Source: a virus (Duplodnaviria > Caudoviricetes). From it: a DNA stretch of 64,000 bases. The notes beneath the pieces are model-generated. The model saw only the letters and a program-made list of their open reading frames with translations. It did not search any database and was not told the origin of the DNA. How positions within the stretch are numbered: position 1 is the stretch's first letter; each line of letters opens with the position of its first letter. The stretch lies in IMG/VR virus record IMGVR_UViG_3300032259_000003, positions 1 through 64,000 of that record; one strand, given 5' to 3'. The position numbers and the translations under genes are program-made. Shown here piece after piece: positions 36,230-46,171 of this stretch.

Positions 36230-36565
36230 ATGGAACGTAGACGCAAATTATCACGCGCGGAATATGAGGCGCGGAAGAGCAAGGCGGGCTTATTCTGTCG
36301 TGTCTGGCAGCTTGAAGTCGGGGACGTGATAGAGGTCACAGAATTAGAGACATGGGAACATGAATTCGGGCGCTCTTCGGTACGCGTCGCCAAAAAACAT
36401 ACGATTTTAGCCGGTGACGATTTATTAACCCTCAAACCCGGTCAACAGTACGCGGACATTGCTATACTTGGCGGCCCAAAATATAAAGAATGGTGTATGG
36501 ATCCCCTACGTCATGCCGATTACGTGCAATTCTCGAATAGATGGTTATGGAAAGAGGCTGAATAA
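36230..36565 (+). CDS. Hypothetical early protein
   Basis: Start reassigned to MERRR after AAAGGATAAG; 3' end repeated at window start. Confidence 0.75.
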   Translation: MERRRKLSRAEYEARKSKAGLFCRVWQLEVGDVIEVTELETWEHEFGRSSVRVAKKHTILAGDDLLTLKPGQQYADIAILGGPKYKEWCMDPLRHADYVQFSNRWLWKEAE

Positions 36566-36873
36566 TGAAAAGCTATATAGAATTTGCAATGGTTCCAAAA
36601 GAAGAAGACCGCTCACTATGGAATGAATCGTGCCAGTTGTGTTTTGGTAAAGTCGATCTTGATAATGTGGATACTGATGATCTTGAGCAATGGCTACGCC
36701 ATAGTATGCGTCATAGTGGTGTAAGCTCAAATGTAAATTTTACGGTTCGCACACAATCCCATTTTATCATGTTGATGCACGTATACGATTATCTCAATTC
36801 GCTTGGCCTAATCAGTGGCATGATTATGACCCAAAATATGATAAATTTTAATGAATTGCGGGAGATAGAATAA
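36565..36873 (+). CDS. Hypothetical protein (absent at the equivalent site, position 101)
   Basis: TAATG coupling on both sides. Confidence 0.7.
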   Translation: MKSYIEFAMVPKEEDRSLWNESCQLCFGKVDLDNVDTDDLEQWLRHSMRHSGVSSNVNFTVRTQSHFIMLMHVYDYLNSLGLISGMIMTQNMINFNELREIE

Positions 36874-37529
36874 TGAAACAAAAAATTAATGGTAAGACAT
36901 ACGATATTAAGCCGAACGCGGATCTATCAGGTGCGGATCTATCAGGTGCGTATCTATCAGGCGCGATTCTCACACGCGCGGATCTATCAGGCGCGGATCT
37001 CACAGGCGCGATTCTCACACGCGCGGATCTCTACCTGGCGAATCTATCAGGCGCGAATCTGGAACGTGCGTATCTATCAGGCGCGAATCTCTATCGTGCG
37101 GATCTCACAGGCGCGGATCTCACAGGCGCGAATCTGGAACGTGCGTATCTATCAGGCGCGAATCTCACACGCGCGGATCTCACAGGCGCGGATCTCACAG
37201 GCGCGGATCTCACAGGCGCGAATCTCACAGGCGCGAATCTATCAGGCGCGGATCTCACAGGCGCGAATCTCTATCGTGCGAATTTCTATGGTGCGAAAGG
37301 CATCCATTTGTTCTATATCGCGGGCATGTCTTCACGTAGTGATTACGTCTTTGCAGTAGAGCATACCGATATGCTGATGATTAAGGCCGGTTGCTTTTGG
37401 GGTACATACGCGGAGTTTCGCGCTAAAGTGATTGCAGAAAAAGGCGCGGATAGCATGTATGTTAGAGTCGGGTTAGTCGGTTTGGATGCATTGAACACAT
37501 TCTTGTATGGGGAGGATAAGACATCATGA
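36873..37529 (+). CDS. Pentapeptide-repeat protein (longer paralogue of 26067-26588)
   Basis: 15-nt GCG(G/A)ATCT.. repeats; same GCFWGT C-domain. Confidence 0.9.
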   Translation: MKQKINGKTYDIKPNADLSGADLSGAYLSGAILTRADLSGADLTGAILTRADLYLANLSGANLERAYLSGANLYRADLTGADLTGANLERAYLSGANLTRADLTGADLTGADLTGANLTGANLSGADLTGANLYRANFYGAKGIHLFYIAGMSSRSDYVFAVEHTDMLMIKAGCFWGTYAEFRAKVIAEKGADSMYVRVGLVGLDALNTFLYGEDKTS

Positions 37530-37783
37530 CACGAGTCAACAATAGTTACAACATCACCGTGTATGATAACGACAATTTGATGCTACATCACGGCATTGAA
37601 TTTTTGGACAACGAGACCGACGAACTAATTGAGGTTCGCAATTGGTCTTATATCAGTGAATGGCTTGACCTAAGCGAAGCATTTACGCCTAAAAATGAAC
37701 ATTGCGTAATTTACAATGTGGGCGCGATATTTAACGGTCGCGCGGTATACGGTCGTGACTATGCCATAGTGAGGTTATCATGA
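37526..37783 (+). CDS. Hypothetical early protein (homologue of 101-358)
   Basis: Direct comparison. Confidence 0.8.
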   Translation: MTRVNNSYNITVYDNDNLMLHHGIEFLDNETDELIEVRNWSYISEWLDLSEAFTPKNEHCVIYNVGAIFNGRAVYGRDYAIVRLS

Positions 37784-37986
37784 CGGAATTAGAACGCTTA
37801 GAGTTAAAGATTACGCCTGAGATAAAGGATACGTTAGGCTGGTTAAAAAAAGAGCTTAATTGTCGTTCCAATAGCGAAGTGGTTAGGCTGGCTATTGTCA
37901 AACTGGCGTTGGATAGCGGTATCAAATTAGAAGACGACACGCCGGCTTGGGGTAGTGGGTTGAATAGAGAGGATAAGCCATCATGA
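37780..37986 (+). CDS. Ribbon-helix-helix protein (homologue of 355-561)
   Basis: Direct comparison. Confidence 0.6.
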   Translation: MTELERLELKITPEIKDTLGWLKKELNCRSNSEVVRLAIVKLALDSGIKLEDDTPAWGSGLNREDKPS

Positions 37987-38195
37987 TAATTAACCTCAAA
38001 ACTGTAGCTCAAGAAGCTATTCAGCAATGTGATGACTTCCCAGGGTTGCCAATGTTGATGGCTATCAATGACACCCGTCACCGGTTAACCGTTGCTGATA
38101 AATATACTCAGGAAGATGTGCTCTATCAGGTAGCACTAATGCGCGGCTCACGTCGGGGCAATTTAAACCGTAATTTTAGAATAGGGGAGTGGTAA
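37983..38195 (+). CDS. Hypothetical protein (homologue of 558-770)
   Basis: Direct comparison. Confidence 0.75.
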   Translation: MIINLKTVAQEAIQQCDDFPGLPMLMAINDTRHRLTVADKYTQEDVLYQVALMRGSRRGNLNRNFRIGEW

Positions 38196-38196
38196 A

Positions 38197-38469
38197 ATGA
38201 AGGCTGAAAAGGTTCTAATTCCAATCGGGATTGCAGAAGATCCGACCTGGTGCAGGGCAATTTCTATAAACAATGATATGACTGTTCTCGACGTTAGTCA
38301 AAAGTTGACCATCGGCAATTTGAAGAACAGTGTTGGAGAGCGCCTAATGACATTACTCCTAGACGGCTATATATTACGTGTCGTTAGTGATAAGACCAAC
38401 ATGTTTATCGAGGCGGTGCATGAAGATTACCTTTTAGCAAACTATGATGCACAACAAGAAGGAGAGTAA
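38197..38469 (+). CDS. Hypothetical protein, replaced in unit A by duplicate small ORF
   Basis: Same RBS context as 772. Confidence 0.7.
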   Translation: MKAEKVLIPIGIAEDPTWCRAISINNDMTVLDVSQKLTIGNLKNSVGERLMTLLLDGYILRVVSDKTNMFIEAVHEDYLLANYDAQQEGE

Positions 38470-38474
38470 CTAGC

Positions 38475-38651
38475 ATGATCGAGTTAAACGAAGAACAAGA
38501 AAACAAGTTTTTGATCGGTGTCGTTGAGGCGCGGGCCGCGTTGGTGGCAATATTGAATATCACGGCTGATGAAGAATATCGCGCGGACCTGCGGCAGGTG
38601 ATCGCCAGCATTACCGACTTGCAAGACAAATATTCACCGCTGCCATTCTGA
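38475..38651 (+). CDS. 58-aa small protein (MIELNEEQENK...); not in ORF track
   Basis: Homologue of 772-951 and 979-1155. Confidence 0.8.
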   Translation: MIELNEEQENKFLIGVVEARAALVAILNITADEEYRADLRQVIASITDLQDKYSPLPF

Positions 38652-38743
38652 TGCACATCTTATTCTGTTGTGGTCTGTGGTTGGTGGTATCCTTTGCCGG
38701 GTCGCTATTGATAGCAAAGTTTATCAAGGTTGGCAAGGGATAA
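38651..38743 (+). CDS. 30-aa membrane peptide; not in ORF track
   Basis: Homologue of 1155-1247. Confidence 0.65.
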   Translation: MHILFCCGLWLVVSFAGSLLIAKFIKVGKG

Positions 38744-38747
38744 ACGC

Positions 38748-38784
38748 AAAACGCGCGACTAGCTGGGTAGTAGTCGCGCGTTTT
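38748..38784. terminator. Bidirectional terminator (copy 2)
   Basis: Identical 14-bp stem. Confidence 0.8.
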
Positions 38785-38853
38785 ATAGGATAAGGCGGGT
38801 AATGAATCCGCATTATCAGTCTAACAGATATTAACCTGATATGCAAACGCAAA

Positions 38854-38885
38854 AAGCGCCGACTACGTTTAAATAGTCGGCGCTT
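38854..38885 (-). terminator. Terminator (copy 2)
   Basis: AAGCGCCGACTA/TAGTCGGCGCTT; G-C to C-G covariation versus 1358-1389. Confidence 0.8.
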
Positions 38886-38930
38886 CCGATGTGTAGCCTA
38901 GTCTAAATAACTAGAATTATAGTATAGCGT

Positions 38931-40502
38931 TTATTCGTTATTTTGCAAGTCGATCACGATAACTTTACCGATGGCCTGCTCCAATGTATTATTCCAATTC
39001 CGAATTAATAGCGCGTAACCTTCGAGTAGCGCGGCGTGTGCTTCGGCTTCGGCTTGTGTTGCGAATCCCTGTTCAGGTAGGGGTAACGTGATAAACAGCT
39101 TGGTGTCGGGTTCCGGTTCGGGTTCCGCTGGCACATAGTCCGTTAGGGTTACATAGTCGCCATGAATCCAACCCAACAAGTTGAATAGTCCATCCTCAAC
39201 CGTTACACTTGTATCGGTATCGAATCGGACCGGTAACCACGGGCCGTTTTGCTCTTCTCTCAATACGTAACCGTAACGCTGGTTAATGGCCAATATCGGC
39301 GGGTTGGTCGGGTCAGTGTTGGGTAACGCGCGGACATTCACCTTATAATTACCGTTGGGTGTGAATAGAGCAGGTTTCCATCGTGGGTCAGATAATTCTA
39401 TCATTGGCTCCTCGTTTTCCGGTTCGTTATTCTCTCGTAGCAATTCAGACCACGTTATCATATAGTTGTGTAGTTCGGTATCGGCTCCAAAATTAAATGC
39501 GTCGATGGTATCCCAATTGTCACCAAAGGACCACATGAACGGCAAAAACCCTTCGACCCAATTATTATAATTCTTCTCGGCCCATATCCACTGCTCCCAA
39601 ATGGCCAGCGAGAGTGTCCACTCTGGCCAATAGTATGCCCAAAGGTATTCATGAGAATAAGCGCCGCGCATCGTCCAATAGGGTAGGGGGACGCCATGCT
39701 GGTTCTCAAGAATATCATACATATTCGTGCCGTCGTTGGCCTTCACATCTGGGAACCGATCAAACCCAAATTCTGTAAATACAAACTTTACAGGGTCTAG
39801 CCCTAATCCAAATATGGCGCGGTGCTGTAACCAAGTCCAGCGGAATTGATGATAATAGTAAGGGATAAATTCCACGCGATAGTCGGGTAATATCCGCGCT
39901 TCGTCTTCGTTATCGAGGTATAACCATGTGTCAGGGTGTACCCGTTCCTTATAGCGCAGGTCATCAGCTAACCACCGCGCTTGTCCAAGTGGCAGTAAGA
40001 GCGCGGCATACTCATGATAGCCCAGTTTTAGCACATCGCTACGAGTCGATAAAACACGCAATAGATAATCATACGCGCCAGCTTGTAGATGGTTCCTATC
40101 AATGCTACCGGCTGCAAAATTACCAATCACGCCCTTATAACCATTATCAGCTAGATGGATCGACACATCAGCCAACCAATTATTCCGGGCGCGGCACTCG
40201 GCCTCAGTCCCGACGTTTGGCTCGTTGAGGACATATTTCCATATATGCCGTCTACCATCCATCAAACCATTGGCATAATTAATCGGGTCTTCGTTACGCC
40301 ACTGGTCCCCCTCTTTTGTGGAATAGGCGCGGTCAATAACATTTGTTTGGCCTTGTGTCTGACTGTAGATGGCTTCTGCTATGTCTACATTTGACATAAC
40401 AAGCATCCAGGCCGGCCGGGTTTTGTCAATGTAATCTAAAAAATATTGAACATTGCCCAACCGTTGGCCATTGGCATTATATCCCCACCGAAAGGTATTC
40501 AT
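38931..40502 (-). CDS. Putative GH-A-like lysin with SH3-like domain (copy 2)
   Basis: Same length and near-identical to 1435-3006. Confidence 0.55.
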   Translation of the reverse strand: MNTFRWGYNANGQRLGNVQYFLDYIDKTRPAWMLVMSNVDIAEAIYSQTQGQTNVIDRAYSTKEGDQWRNEDPINYANGLMDGRRHIWKYVLNEPNVGTEAECRARNNWLADVSIHLADNGYKGVIGNFAAGSIDRNHLQAGAYDYLLRVLSTRSDVLKLGYHEYAALLLPLGQARWLADDLRYKERVHPDTWLYLDNEDEARILPDYRVEFIPYYYHQFRWTWLQHRAIFGLGLDPVKFVFTEFGFDRFPDVKANDGTNMYDILENQHGVPLPYWTMRGAYSHEYLWAYYWPEWTLSLAIWEQWIWAEKNYNNWVEGFLPFMWSFGDNWDTIDAFNFGADTELHNYMITWSELLRENNEPENEEPMIELSDPRWKPALFTPNGNYKVNVRALPNTDPTNPPILAINQRYGYVLREEQNGPWLPVRFDTDTSVTVEDGLFNLLGWIHGDYVTLTDYVPAEPEPEPDTKLFITLPLPEQGFATQAEAEAHAALLEGYALLIRNWNNTLEQAIGKVIVIDLQNNE

Positions 40503-40744
40503 TAACCTACGGTTTCAGTGGGTTCATCTTCGCCGCGTGACGGTCTCAAATTATTGAGCATACGCGCGAATCCTATTAGTATATCATCAATTGTGGTCTT
40601 CGTCTTCGATGCTAACCGTTGCGCTATATCAAGCAAGCGGTTGACTTCTTGTTTTGTTACGTGGCGCTCGACTTTTAGACCTGCAATCATCACAATGAGA
40701 ATGATAATCATTTGTGTGACCTGGTTAAATGTTTGTGAATCCAT
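40502..40744 (-). CDS. Holin-like protein (copy 2)
   Basis: Protein identical to 3006-3248. Confidence 0.5.
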   Translation of the reverse strand: MDSQTFNQVTQMIIILIVMIAGLKVERHVTKQEVNRLLDIAQRLASKTKTTIDDILIGFARMLNNLRPSRGEDEPTETVG

Positions 40745-40745
40745 G

Positions 40746-40922
40746 TTATGCCTCTTTCATGAGATATAAGATAAGCTGTGACTGTAACGTCACAATTTGC
40801 ATTAACGTCTCGATCTTTGCTTGTTCGGTGTTTTGATCTTCAAGGGTTGCCATAGTCCGTTTGAGTTGCTGTAATGCCTTATGCTTTTTTTGCTCCGGGT
40901 GTTGTGGTTTAATTTGTACCAT
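40746..40922 (-). CDS. Small helical hypothetical protein (58 aa)
   Basis: Start reassigned to MVQIKPQ to remove overlap with 40909-41343. Confidence 0.55.
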   Translation of the reverse strand: MVQIKPQHPEQKKHKALQQLKRTMATLEDQNTEQAKIETLMQIVTLQSQLILYLMKEA

Positions 40923-41343
40923 AGTCACCCACTGAGATCGTATTGAATCCGCTATTATACGGCGCAACGGCGCGACATATATATATATCATAATCGCCCG
41001 TCTCAGGCTCGAATAAATCAATCCGCGCTTGTCCGTTTTGGGTCGGTGCATCACCCCAGGCATATAACCCGGTATTACGCAATACCACATAGACAAAACG
41101 CGGTTCTGCTATATCGGCAATACACGCTAACCCGTCAGCATGAACCGGCAACGTGTCCCATTGCTCTATTGCGGTGTCTGCTATAGTTTGCTGTGCGTCG
41201 CTTGCGGTGTCTGCTAGGTGTACCGTTGTCATTGTCATATCACGCGATACCCCAATGAGTAGATCACCCAACAAATAAGGATTAGCAAGTATTTTATGCA
41301 ATACCTTAACCACGGCTGGCTTAGGGTTTGATACACCTATCAT
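40909..41343 (-). CDS. Hypothetical protein at end of tail module B
   Basis: Abuts the stop of the tail-fibre gene. Confidence 0.65.
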   Translation of the reverse strand: MIGVSNPKPAVVKVLHKILANPYLLGDLLIGVSRDMTMTTVHLADTASDAQQTIADTAIEQWDTLPVHADGLACIADIAEPRFVYVVLRNTGLYAWGDAPTQNGQARIDLFEPETGDYDIYICRAVAPYNSGFNTISVGDYGTN

Positions 41344-41862
41344 TTATCCCTCGAATACCCCAAACTGTGGGTGTAAGTCGTGGTTTGTCGTGCCGGCTCC
41401 GGCCCACATTTTTGCATCGCCACCGCTGGTCTTCCAATGTAATTGGACGGTCTGAACGCCGGCCGTGGGTGCTGGGATATGATAAAAGAAACTTGCATTG
41501 CCTGCGTCGCCGGCGGTGTCTACCGTAACTTCTACAATACCATCATCGCCACCAACATACGCGCTATTGAGGTAAATGTCAAAATAGGTACGGTCAGCAC
41601 CGTTGGACGGGTGCGTAATAGACCCTGCAAACCAAACGAATAACGGTCCGCCGGTTGTGGTGATGGCAAGGCCAAAACCTGCATCAACTAGTGTAAACGT
41701 AGAGCTTGATGTGCTAATATCCGCGCCGGCGTTGAGGTTGTAATATTCGACGCTGTTCGCCCGGTCGTATAGGTGGTTAAAATTATCGCGTACATAGGTG
41801 TTTAAGTCGGTCGACGTTAAAGTTTCCGCGGCCCATGTTTTTGGGCTTGTCCAGTCGGTCAT
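41344..41862 (-). CDS. Minor tail / fibre protein (module B)
   Basis: WTSPKTW..LTSTDLNTYVRDN anchor motif plus beta-sandwich C-domain. Confidence 0.6.
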   Translation of the reverse strand: MTDWTSPKTWAAETLTSTDLNTYVRDNFNHLYDRANSVEYYNLNAGADISTSSSTFTLVDAGFGLAITTTGGPLFVWFAGSITHPSNGADRTYFDIYLNSAYVGGDDGIVEVTVDTAGDAGNASFFYHIPAPTAGVQTVQLHWKTSGGDAKMWAGAGTTNHDLHPQFGVFEG

Positions 41863-41876
41863 GTTGTATTGCTCCT

Positions 41877-43466
41877 TTAGTAGCTAATTAGATCAGGACC
41901 ATCAATTACACTCGTATCAATAACAAAATACGGTGTCGTGCTATTGCTTCGTAAATACCATGTGAGGTTATATAAACCGGTGGCTATGTTATACTGGTGA
42001 TATTCTCCCAATATAACATACTCTGAGTCGTGATTGCTCCAGGACTCTTCTATTTGGACGACATCGCCTATCGTCAGCGGCATAATATCCGCAAAATTAT
42101 CATCTGTTATCACAAACATAACCGACTCAAACACGCGCCGCATATCCTTATGGCGCAATACGGCAAAACCTGTTATTCCTAAGGCCAACGAGTCATTAGT
42201 AATATAGTTGGATCGAATATCAGGAAGCGGTGTCCAATTGTACTTGTACATACTCGCCGGGTCTTTATCAATAGCAATTTGTTCGTCATACGCTGTAACG
42301 GCGGTCCCGCGTACCTGGAATGTGTCAATGGTAACGGTTCCGTCGGTGGTATTGTTAAAATAGACGGTTCCGCCGGCCCCTCTAAGGTCTGTGCCGTCAA
42401 ATACATTCAGCGTCACGTCGTTGCTTGAGGAGTCCGTGATAATTATATCCGTTCCGGCTACGGGGTCAATCACATCAAGCGCCGCGGCAGGTCTGCTAAA
42501 GTCATCAGGGTCTCGATATTTAACCCGTATTGTCTTCTCTTCGCCGGTTCGCATCTCTAACGGTACACTATCCGAGCTAAAGATAACCGCGGCCGGTGTG
42601 CCGACCTTGCGCGGCGTATAATGCAGTCGGACCTCATTATATACAGGCGTGGTCACACTGTTGGCTTGCACATAGTCCGCGCCGGTCACTGTTAAGCTGG
42701 TTGCTGTGGACTTATCATGGAATCGGTTATGGAAATGTAGTTTTCCATCGCGTGGCTGGTAAAAGAACCGTCCAAATGCTTCAGCCATACACATATCCGC
42801 AACAAATAATTGCATCATTTGTTGATCTATCCCGGTGCGGCTCTCATGAATAATATCTCCGACGTAGTCCATTGTGGTCAAGCCGGTCTCAAAATTACTT
42901 ATTAACGGCACATGGGTGGCGATGTCATACAGCACATCAGTTCCGTCTATTTGGCTATGGTCAATCATAAAATAGCTTGACGTGTAAGGTAACGGTAACA
43001 CGGCCGATTCTATCATCGTTGTCAGCGCGGCTGATGTCGTGACATTCTGCGTGACTAGTGGTTCATAATGCGCGCGTTGTACCCGTGGCATAGCACAAAC
43101 ACAATTAAGCAAAACGGTTTGTTCCCCATACTGTCCAGGCGCTTCTATGAGTTGCTGTGCAAAATAGGTGAATGTATAACTTAGCGCGGCGTATGTAACC
43201 GTCACACGAACCATAATGCCGGTATATAACTTATCGTAGAATAGCGCGGTTGGGTTCTCAAATGATAGTTGACCGTCGCTATTGTCTAGAACCAATTGGA
43301 GCGCGTTTACCGGGCTGACATGCGCGGCAACGTTGCTTTCCACTTGGCCGACATTGGTCCAGCCACTTGTGAAGGATAACGCGTCAATTACACGGTCGCT
43401 TATATCAGCAAGTGGATGGCTAAAGGTTCCATCTCGATCTAGGTCAATTGTTACTTTTATATCCAT
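41877..43466 (-). CDS. Tail tip protein (Dit/hub-like)
   Basis: Directly after TMP; GRFFYQPRDGKLHFHNR pattern. Confidence 0.65.
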   Translation of the reverse strand: MDIKVTIDLDRDGTFSHPLADISDRVIDALSFTSGWTNVGQVESNVAAHVSPVNALQLVLDNSDGQLSFENPTALFYDKLYTGIMVRVTVTYAALSYTFTYFAQQLIEAPGQYGEQTVLLNCVCAMPRVQRAHYEPLVTQNVTTSAALTTMIESAVLPLPYTSSYFMIDHSQIDGTDVLYDIATHVPLISNFETGLTTMDYVGDIIHESRTGIDQQMMQLFVADMCMAEAFGRFFYQPRDGKLHFHNRFHDKSTATSLTVTGADYVQANSVTTPVYNEVRLHYTPRKVGTPAAVIFSSDSVPLEMRTGEEKTIRVKYRDPDDFSRPAAALDVIDPVAGTDIIITDSSSNDVTLNVFDGTDLRGAGGTVYFNNTTDGTVTIDTFQVRGTAVTAYDEQIAIDKDPASMYKYNWTPLPDIRSNYITNDSLALGITGFAVLRHKDMRRVFESVMFVITDDNFADIMPLTIGDVVQIEESWSNHDSEYVILGEYHQYNIATGLYNLTWYLRSNSTTPYFVIDTSVIDGPDLISY

Positions 43467-45475
43467 TATTCAGGTATTCGCCCCCCGTTATTATTGACGG
43501 CTGTCTTCATCTGTTCCCCAATTAATTTTTGGCCGTTGGGGTCGTTGTATTTGACATCTACCTCGACCGTCACCTTAGTTGTATATTCGCTTCCGCCGAT
43601 AGACTCCAATACACCGCCAACCTCTTCAATATATGAGATGCTTTGGACTAAACTCTCATTTAATGGGGCCATTGATATGTCTTTAGATTGTCCATCTAGG
43701 ATGACTAGCGCGCCCTCTATTTCTCCGATGGTTTGAATGACTGATTGCGCTTGTGACTCTATCCCCGTGTCGCCCTCTTCGCCCTCACCCCCCCCAAATA
43801 AATTGCCGAAGACATTACCGGCTAGTTCACCGGCTCCGGCAATATTAGACTCAAATGATGGATATTTGGTCTTGAGCAAGTCAAGCCCGGCCGTTCCGAT
43901 GATTTGGTTATCCGTTTGGCCACTAGTTACACCGGATGTTATGGTTTTTTCTAACCCCTTTAAGGCTTCGGTGGCTGCTTCGACGCCTAACTTTTCCGCA
44001 ATAGACGCGATAGCCGGCGCGAATTGTTCACTTGTTGCGAGACTTAATTCCGTCTCTCGGCCACTCGCAAGGTCAAATTCACGCTGGGTTGCTTTTTGTA
44101 GGTCTTCATCTTCGATATTGGATAGGACCTGATCTCCTAATTCACCCACACGACCGCCTGACGTTTGTCCCTGCATTTGTGCTAGGCTTATGCTATCTAA
44201 GTCAACCTTAATTGCGCTGGCTTCGTCTCGCATCCCTTTAAATTTGTTAAGCATTAATTCGCCCTTTGCAAGCTGGTCATCGTTAATGATGCCTTGCTCG
44301 TTAAGGTCTTTCATTTCTGCAAATGTGGCTTCCATTAATGCAATTTGTTTATCTAATGCGCCAATGTCGGTTGCTTGCGTAAACTTACCCTGTCCGGGCA
44401 ATACTCCGCCGTTATTGGTTGTAAAATCCATTAGCGTACCAAAGTGGTTCCCCTGGTTCATTAACATGCGCATAGCTTCTTGCGATTGTTCACGGGTAAA
44501 GGTTGCAAGTTGTCGCTCGGCAATGGCGTTTTGGGTTGCGACCAGGTCAAAGTTAAATGTGCCTGTGGATGCACCAAAATTCCCGCTTCCAGTTGCACCG
44601 GCTAGGTTACGCTCGGCCATAGTATCTTGACCGGCGGCTATTCTTGCGCCAATATTGGTGGTCGGATCGGCTGCTAAATTTTGTAAGGCCAATTGTGTCA
44701 TCATGGTATCTAATATGACCAATTGCGCACCGGCTTCTACCGCCTTTGCCACAAACATGCCAAGTTCGGCGGTTGCGTTTTCTACTGATGTTCTGACTTT
44801 AGCAAAAGCGGTTTCTCCCACTGTGGCCGCGTCGCCTAACCGTTCAATGGCGGCCGCACCCTGTTCCATGACGGCCATCTTAAAGGCCTCTTCACGATTC
44901 AACGCTTGGCCTGACTCCAATAATTCCTCTATACGCTGTCGGACCTGACTCGACGCGATGCCAAAACTATCAAGACGCGCGACGGATTGATTAGCCAACA
45001 TTAAACTAAAATTCTCGATGGCTTCTCCAGCGGACTCTGTCGGTTTCTTTAATTTGGTCGCCATGTCTATCAGTTGGTCAACCTCTTCGGCGCTATTGGC
45101 CAACCCCATGCGCATTAATTGACCGGCTCCCGCCATTAAGTCGAAGTCAGACACAACATTTCCGGTTGTAGCACGAAGGGTATTCAATAGCTTATCCGCG
45201 TCTTTGACGCCGCCGGCCATGTTCTGGAATATCGAAGTAACGCCTTGTACCTCATTGCCTAACTTATTAAGGTCACCTATTGCGCCTGCAACTTGCATCA
45301 AGCCATAACCGGCAATCGCGCCCTGAACTTCTTTTCCTATGCCCCCCAAAAAACCACCGTCTTTAGAAACCTTTTTACCCGTTTTTACGGTCTTGTCCAT
45401 TTCGGCGTTAAATTTTTTAAGTTGTGGTGTCGCGGTATCGGTTGCGCTTAGGATCACATTAATACGGTTTGACAT
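43466..45475 (-). CDS. Tape measure protein (module B)
   Basis: VILSATDTATPQL N-terminus; helical Ala/Gly-rich; after chaperone pair. Confidence 0.85.
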   Translation of the reverse strand: MSNRINVILSATDTATPQLKKFNAEMDKTVKTGKKVSKDGGFLGGIGKEVQGAIAGYGLMQVAGAIGDLNKLGNEVQGVTSIFQNMAGGVKDADKLLNTLRATTGNVVSDFDLMAGAGQLMRMGLANSAEEVDQLIDMATKLKKPTESAGEAIENFSLMLANQSVARLDSFGIASSQVRQRIEELLESGQALNREEAFKMAVMEQGAAAIERLGDAATVGETAFAKVRTSVENATAELGMFVAKAVEAGAQLVILDTMMTQLALQNLAADPTTNIGARIAAGQDTMAERNLAGATGSGNFGASTGTFNFDLVATQNAIAERQLATFTREQSQEAMRMLMNQGNHFGTLMDFTTNNGGVLPGQGKFTQATDIGALDKQIALMEATFAEMKDLNEQGIINDDQLAKGELMLNKFKGMRDEASAIKVDLDSISLAQMQGQTSGGRVGELGDQVLSNIEDEDLQKATQREFDLASGRETELSLATSEQFAPAIASIAEKLGVEAATEALKGLEKTITSGVTSGQTDNQIIGTAGLDLLKTKYPSFESNIAGAGELAGNVFGNLFGGGEGEEGDTGIESQAQSVIQTIGEIEGALVILDGQSKDISMAPLNESLVQSISYIEEVGGVLESIGGSEYTTKVTVEVDVKYNDPNGQKLIGEQMKTAVNNNGGRIPE

Positions 45476-45487
45476 GGCTATACCTTT

Positions 45488-45707
45488 TTATCCGTGTAGC
45501 GCTTCGCTCAATGTGGCGTAGGCTTCCGGGCTTAGTTTTTTGTCATCAGCTAGGGCTTTAATGAGGTCTGATATTCTTACGACGCGGTCCCGTTCTTGCT
45601 TGAATAATAACTTCTTATCCCAATCAGGCAGCTCTATGAATTGGCTTACAGGCATACGTAATTGTTTACAGACTCTCATTAGATTCAGACTGTAGGCGCT
45701 GAAATCG
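45488..45707 (-). CDS. GT-type C-terminal chaperone extension (probably reached by +1 frameshift; in-frame ATG at 45679)
   Basis: QFIELPDWDK motif; frame is +1 relative to upstream gene; CGA TTT CAG at 45707-45699. Confidence 0.6.
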
Positions 45708-46136
45708 TTGCGCGGCGCTCTCGGCGCTCACCCCTTTGCCTAGTGTCCAGTTACGCAACCCGACAATTAAAGCATTAAAGGTTAATACGTCAATCGCTTG
45801 TAATTGTTCGGCCTTCTCAAGTAAGGTTTCGGGTTCATTCCCCCCCCAATCTATTCCTTCCCCACCTTCCAGGCTCTCGACAACACGCATGGCATTGCGC
45901 ATCACTTCGGCTTCTGCATCTAACCGCCGCTGAGTAGCAAGATCCTGGATATAGTCTTTAGGGTTTTTGGGGTCTTTAATTTTAGGCGCTTCATCAGCGA
46001 CGACTTGTAAGCCTATCTCATTCCATCGCATATAGGACAATGGTTTAAGTTCATATTCAGCCACCTGATTGCCGTCATTGTCATGTATCACGATAAAAAA
46101 GTTTTCGCCTTTATGCTCGCTTATTTTAAATGCCAT
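45666..46136 (-). CDS. Tail assembly chaperone (module B)
   Basis: Position before TMP; AAGGATAAGG RBS. Confidence 0.7.
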   Translation of the reverse strand: MAFKISEHKGENFFIVIHDNDGNQVAEYELKPLSYMRWNEIGLQVVADEAPKIKDPKNPKDYIQDLATQRRLDAEAEVMRNAMRVVESLEGGEGIDWGGNEPETLLEKAEQLQAIDVLTFNALIVGLRNWTLGKGVSAESAAQRFQRLQSESNESL

Positions 46137-46154
46137 ACCTTATCCTTTATATAG

Positions 46155-46170
46155 AGGGGAGACCGCCCCT
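46155..46170 (-). terminator. Possible weak hairpin terminator
   Basis: AGGGG/CCCCT stem; resembles 11740-11757. Confidence 0.3.
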
Positions 46171-46171
46171 A

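Larger units (their letters stand above)
101..36564. mobile_element. Phage genome unit A (circularly permuted, boundaries arbitrary): lysis, virion module A, LamG cassette, replication/early region
   Basis: Complete terminase-portal-capsid-tail set plus replication genes; sequence at 1-105 recurs exactly at 36465-36569, defining a ~36.5-kb period. Confidence 0.85.
36465..40758 (+). repeat. Long direct repeat S1, copy 2 (carries two extra genes, 36565-37529)
   Basis: Same gene order and near-identical proteins as 1-3262. Confidence 0.95.

Noticed and set aside
36889-37359. ARISQ-repeat ORF and the 15-nt repeat array as a possible CRISPR or overlapping gene
   Set aside because: Shadow frame of the pentapeptide gene; repeats are contiguous coding units with no spacers or cas genes.
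26067-37529. Invertible segment bounded by the inverted pentapeptide genes
   Set aside because: The copies are clearly diverged at nucleotide level and no invertase is visible.
40923-41096. Upstream part of the 116-aa ORF at 40746-41096
   Set aside because: Fully overlaps the better-supported 40909-41343 gene; real start is probably 40922.
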